From assembly GCF_018977255.1 (NCBI RefSeq), contig NW_024704812.1, positions 186,001-250,000 of the forward strand: a stretch of 64,000 nucleotides of DNA, written 5' to 3'. The translations under genes and the position numbers were made by a program. This DNA is from Callorhinchus milii. Taxonomy: Eukaryota. The notes beneath the pieces are model-generated. The model was not told where the DNA came from, searched no databases, and saw only the letters and a list, made by a program, of their open reading frames with translations. Below, in pieces: positions 62,783 through 64,000 of the stretch (the stretch's first letter is position 1; each line of letters opens with the position of its first letter).

Positions 62783-64000
62783 GTGAGTTGGACCAATAGA
62801 AAAATGCGCCCCTTTCTTGCGGAACCCACTATAATCAATAATGTACTTTCCGGCCCACGGGCCTCGCTGACGTCACTGTGGGGCGCTCGGCTCAGGACAG
62901 GCAAGTGGCAAACGGGCTTCACTAGGATTCACCGCTGTTGTGATTGTCTGTGTCTGTCTGTCTGTGTGTGTGTGAGTGTGAGTCTGTGTGTGTGAATGTG
63001 GGTGTGTGAGAGAGGGTGTGTGAGAGGGAGTGTGTGTGTGAGTGTGTGTGGTGTGTGTGTCTCTCTGTTTGTGAGTGTCTCTTTGTGGATCTGTGTCTCT
63101 CTGATTGTGAGTGTCTGCGTGTCTCTCTCTCTCAGTTTGTGAGTGTGTTTGCATGCCTCTGTGTGCGTGTGTATGTGAGTGTGTGTATGTTTGTGAGTGT
63201 CTGTGTGTGTGTCTCTGTGTATGTATATCTCTCTGTGAGTGTCTGAGTATCTGTGTATCTCTCTGTGAGTGTCTCTGTGTTGTGTGTCTGTGAATCTCTC
63301 TGTTTGTGAGTGTCCATGTGTTTGTGTGTGTGTATGTCTGTTTGTGTGTGTCTGTGTGCCTCTGTGTGTCTGTGGATCCCTCTGTTTGTGAGTGTCTGTG
63401 TGTCTTTATGTGTCTGTGTATCTCTCTGTGAGTGTCTGTATGTGTCTCTGTATGTCTGTATCTCTGTTTGTGAGTGTCTGCGTATCTCTGTTTGTGAGTG
63501 TCTGCGTATCTCTGTTTGTGAGCGTCTGTGAGTCTTTGTGTGTCTGTGTCTCCGTCTCTGTGTGTTTGTGGGTGTGCCTGTGTGTCTCTCTATGTGTTTG
63601 TGAGTGTCTCTCTGTGTCTGTGAGTGTGTCTCTATCTATGGGACATCCTCCCGACATGAAAGGCGCTATATAAATGTATGTATCTCTCTCTGTATCTGTG
63701 AGAGTGTGTGTCTCTGTGAGTCTGTGAGTGTGTGTGTGTCTCTCTCTGTGTTTGTGCATGTTTGTCTCTCTCTGTGAGTGTGTGAGTTTCCCTCTGGGTC
63801 TGTGTGTATGTCTCTGTGTTTCTGAGTGTGTGTTTCTCTCTCCCCCAAACGCCCCCAAAAAAGCCACCCAGTCCTTGTTAAAGAAGCAATTATATTTTTC
63901 CCCAACAATGCAATATGTCCTATTTCCTCATGTCTCGTTTATATCAATAAAGTGAAAACATGTTCATCAATATCCCCGATCAACTTTCCGCCATTTTCTG

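Overview
Eukaryotic (vertebrate) genomic DNA, not prokaryotic. The repeats (tRNA-headed Deu-domain-type SINEs with L2-like tails, L2 LINEs ending in (GTT)n, CR1 3' ends, a Penelope-like hairpin) suggest a cartilaginous fish, possibly a holocephalan; this is inference. The window is a cluster of five paralogous immunoglobulin-superfamily receptor genes on a ~16-kb repeat unit. Genes A (1465-14487) and B (18150-29000+) are on the minus strand; C (30273-40093), D (43789-56055) and E (59725->64000, truncated) are on the plus strand. The two arrays lie head-to-head across the N-gap at 30099-30128. By manual GT-AG exon reconstruction each gene encodes: signal peptide, a cysteine-free CEACAM/CD2-type IgV (N) domain, 5-6 further Ig domains (CEACAM A/B-like, then two VSIG10/VSIG10L-like), an uncharged TM helix, and a three-exon tail ending in an ITAM (DSGPYM[D/N]L-x7-YHNL). 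Corrected lengths are about 688 aa (A/D type) and 785 aa (B/C type). The N domains are diversified on the predicted CC'C''FG face while some membrane-proximal exons are identical, and V cassettes and stalk types occur in shuffled combinations. Every complete copy carries 1-2-nt frameshifting indels that look more like assembly errors than decay. The mirror arrangement could be a real inverted duplication or two haplotigs joined at the gap. No database searches were possible, so family names rest on motif recognition only.
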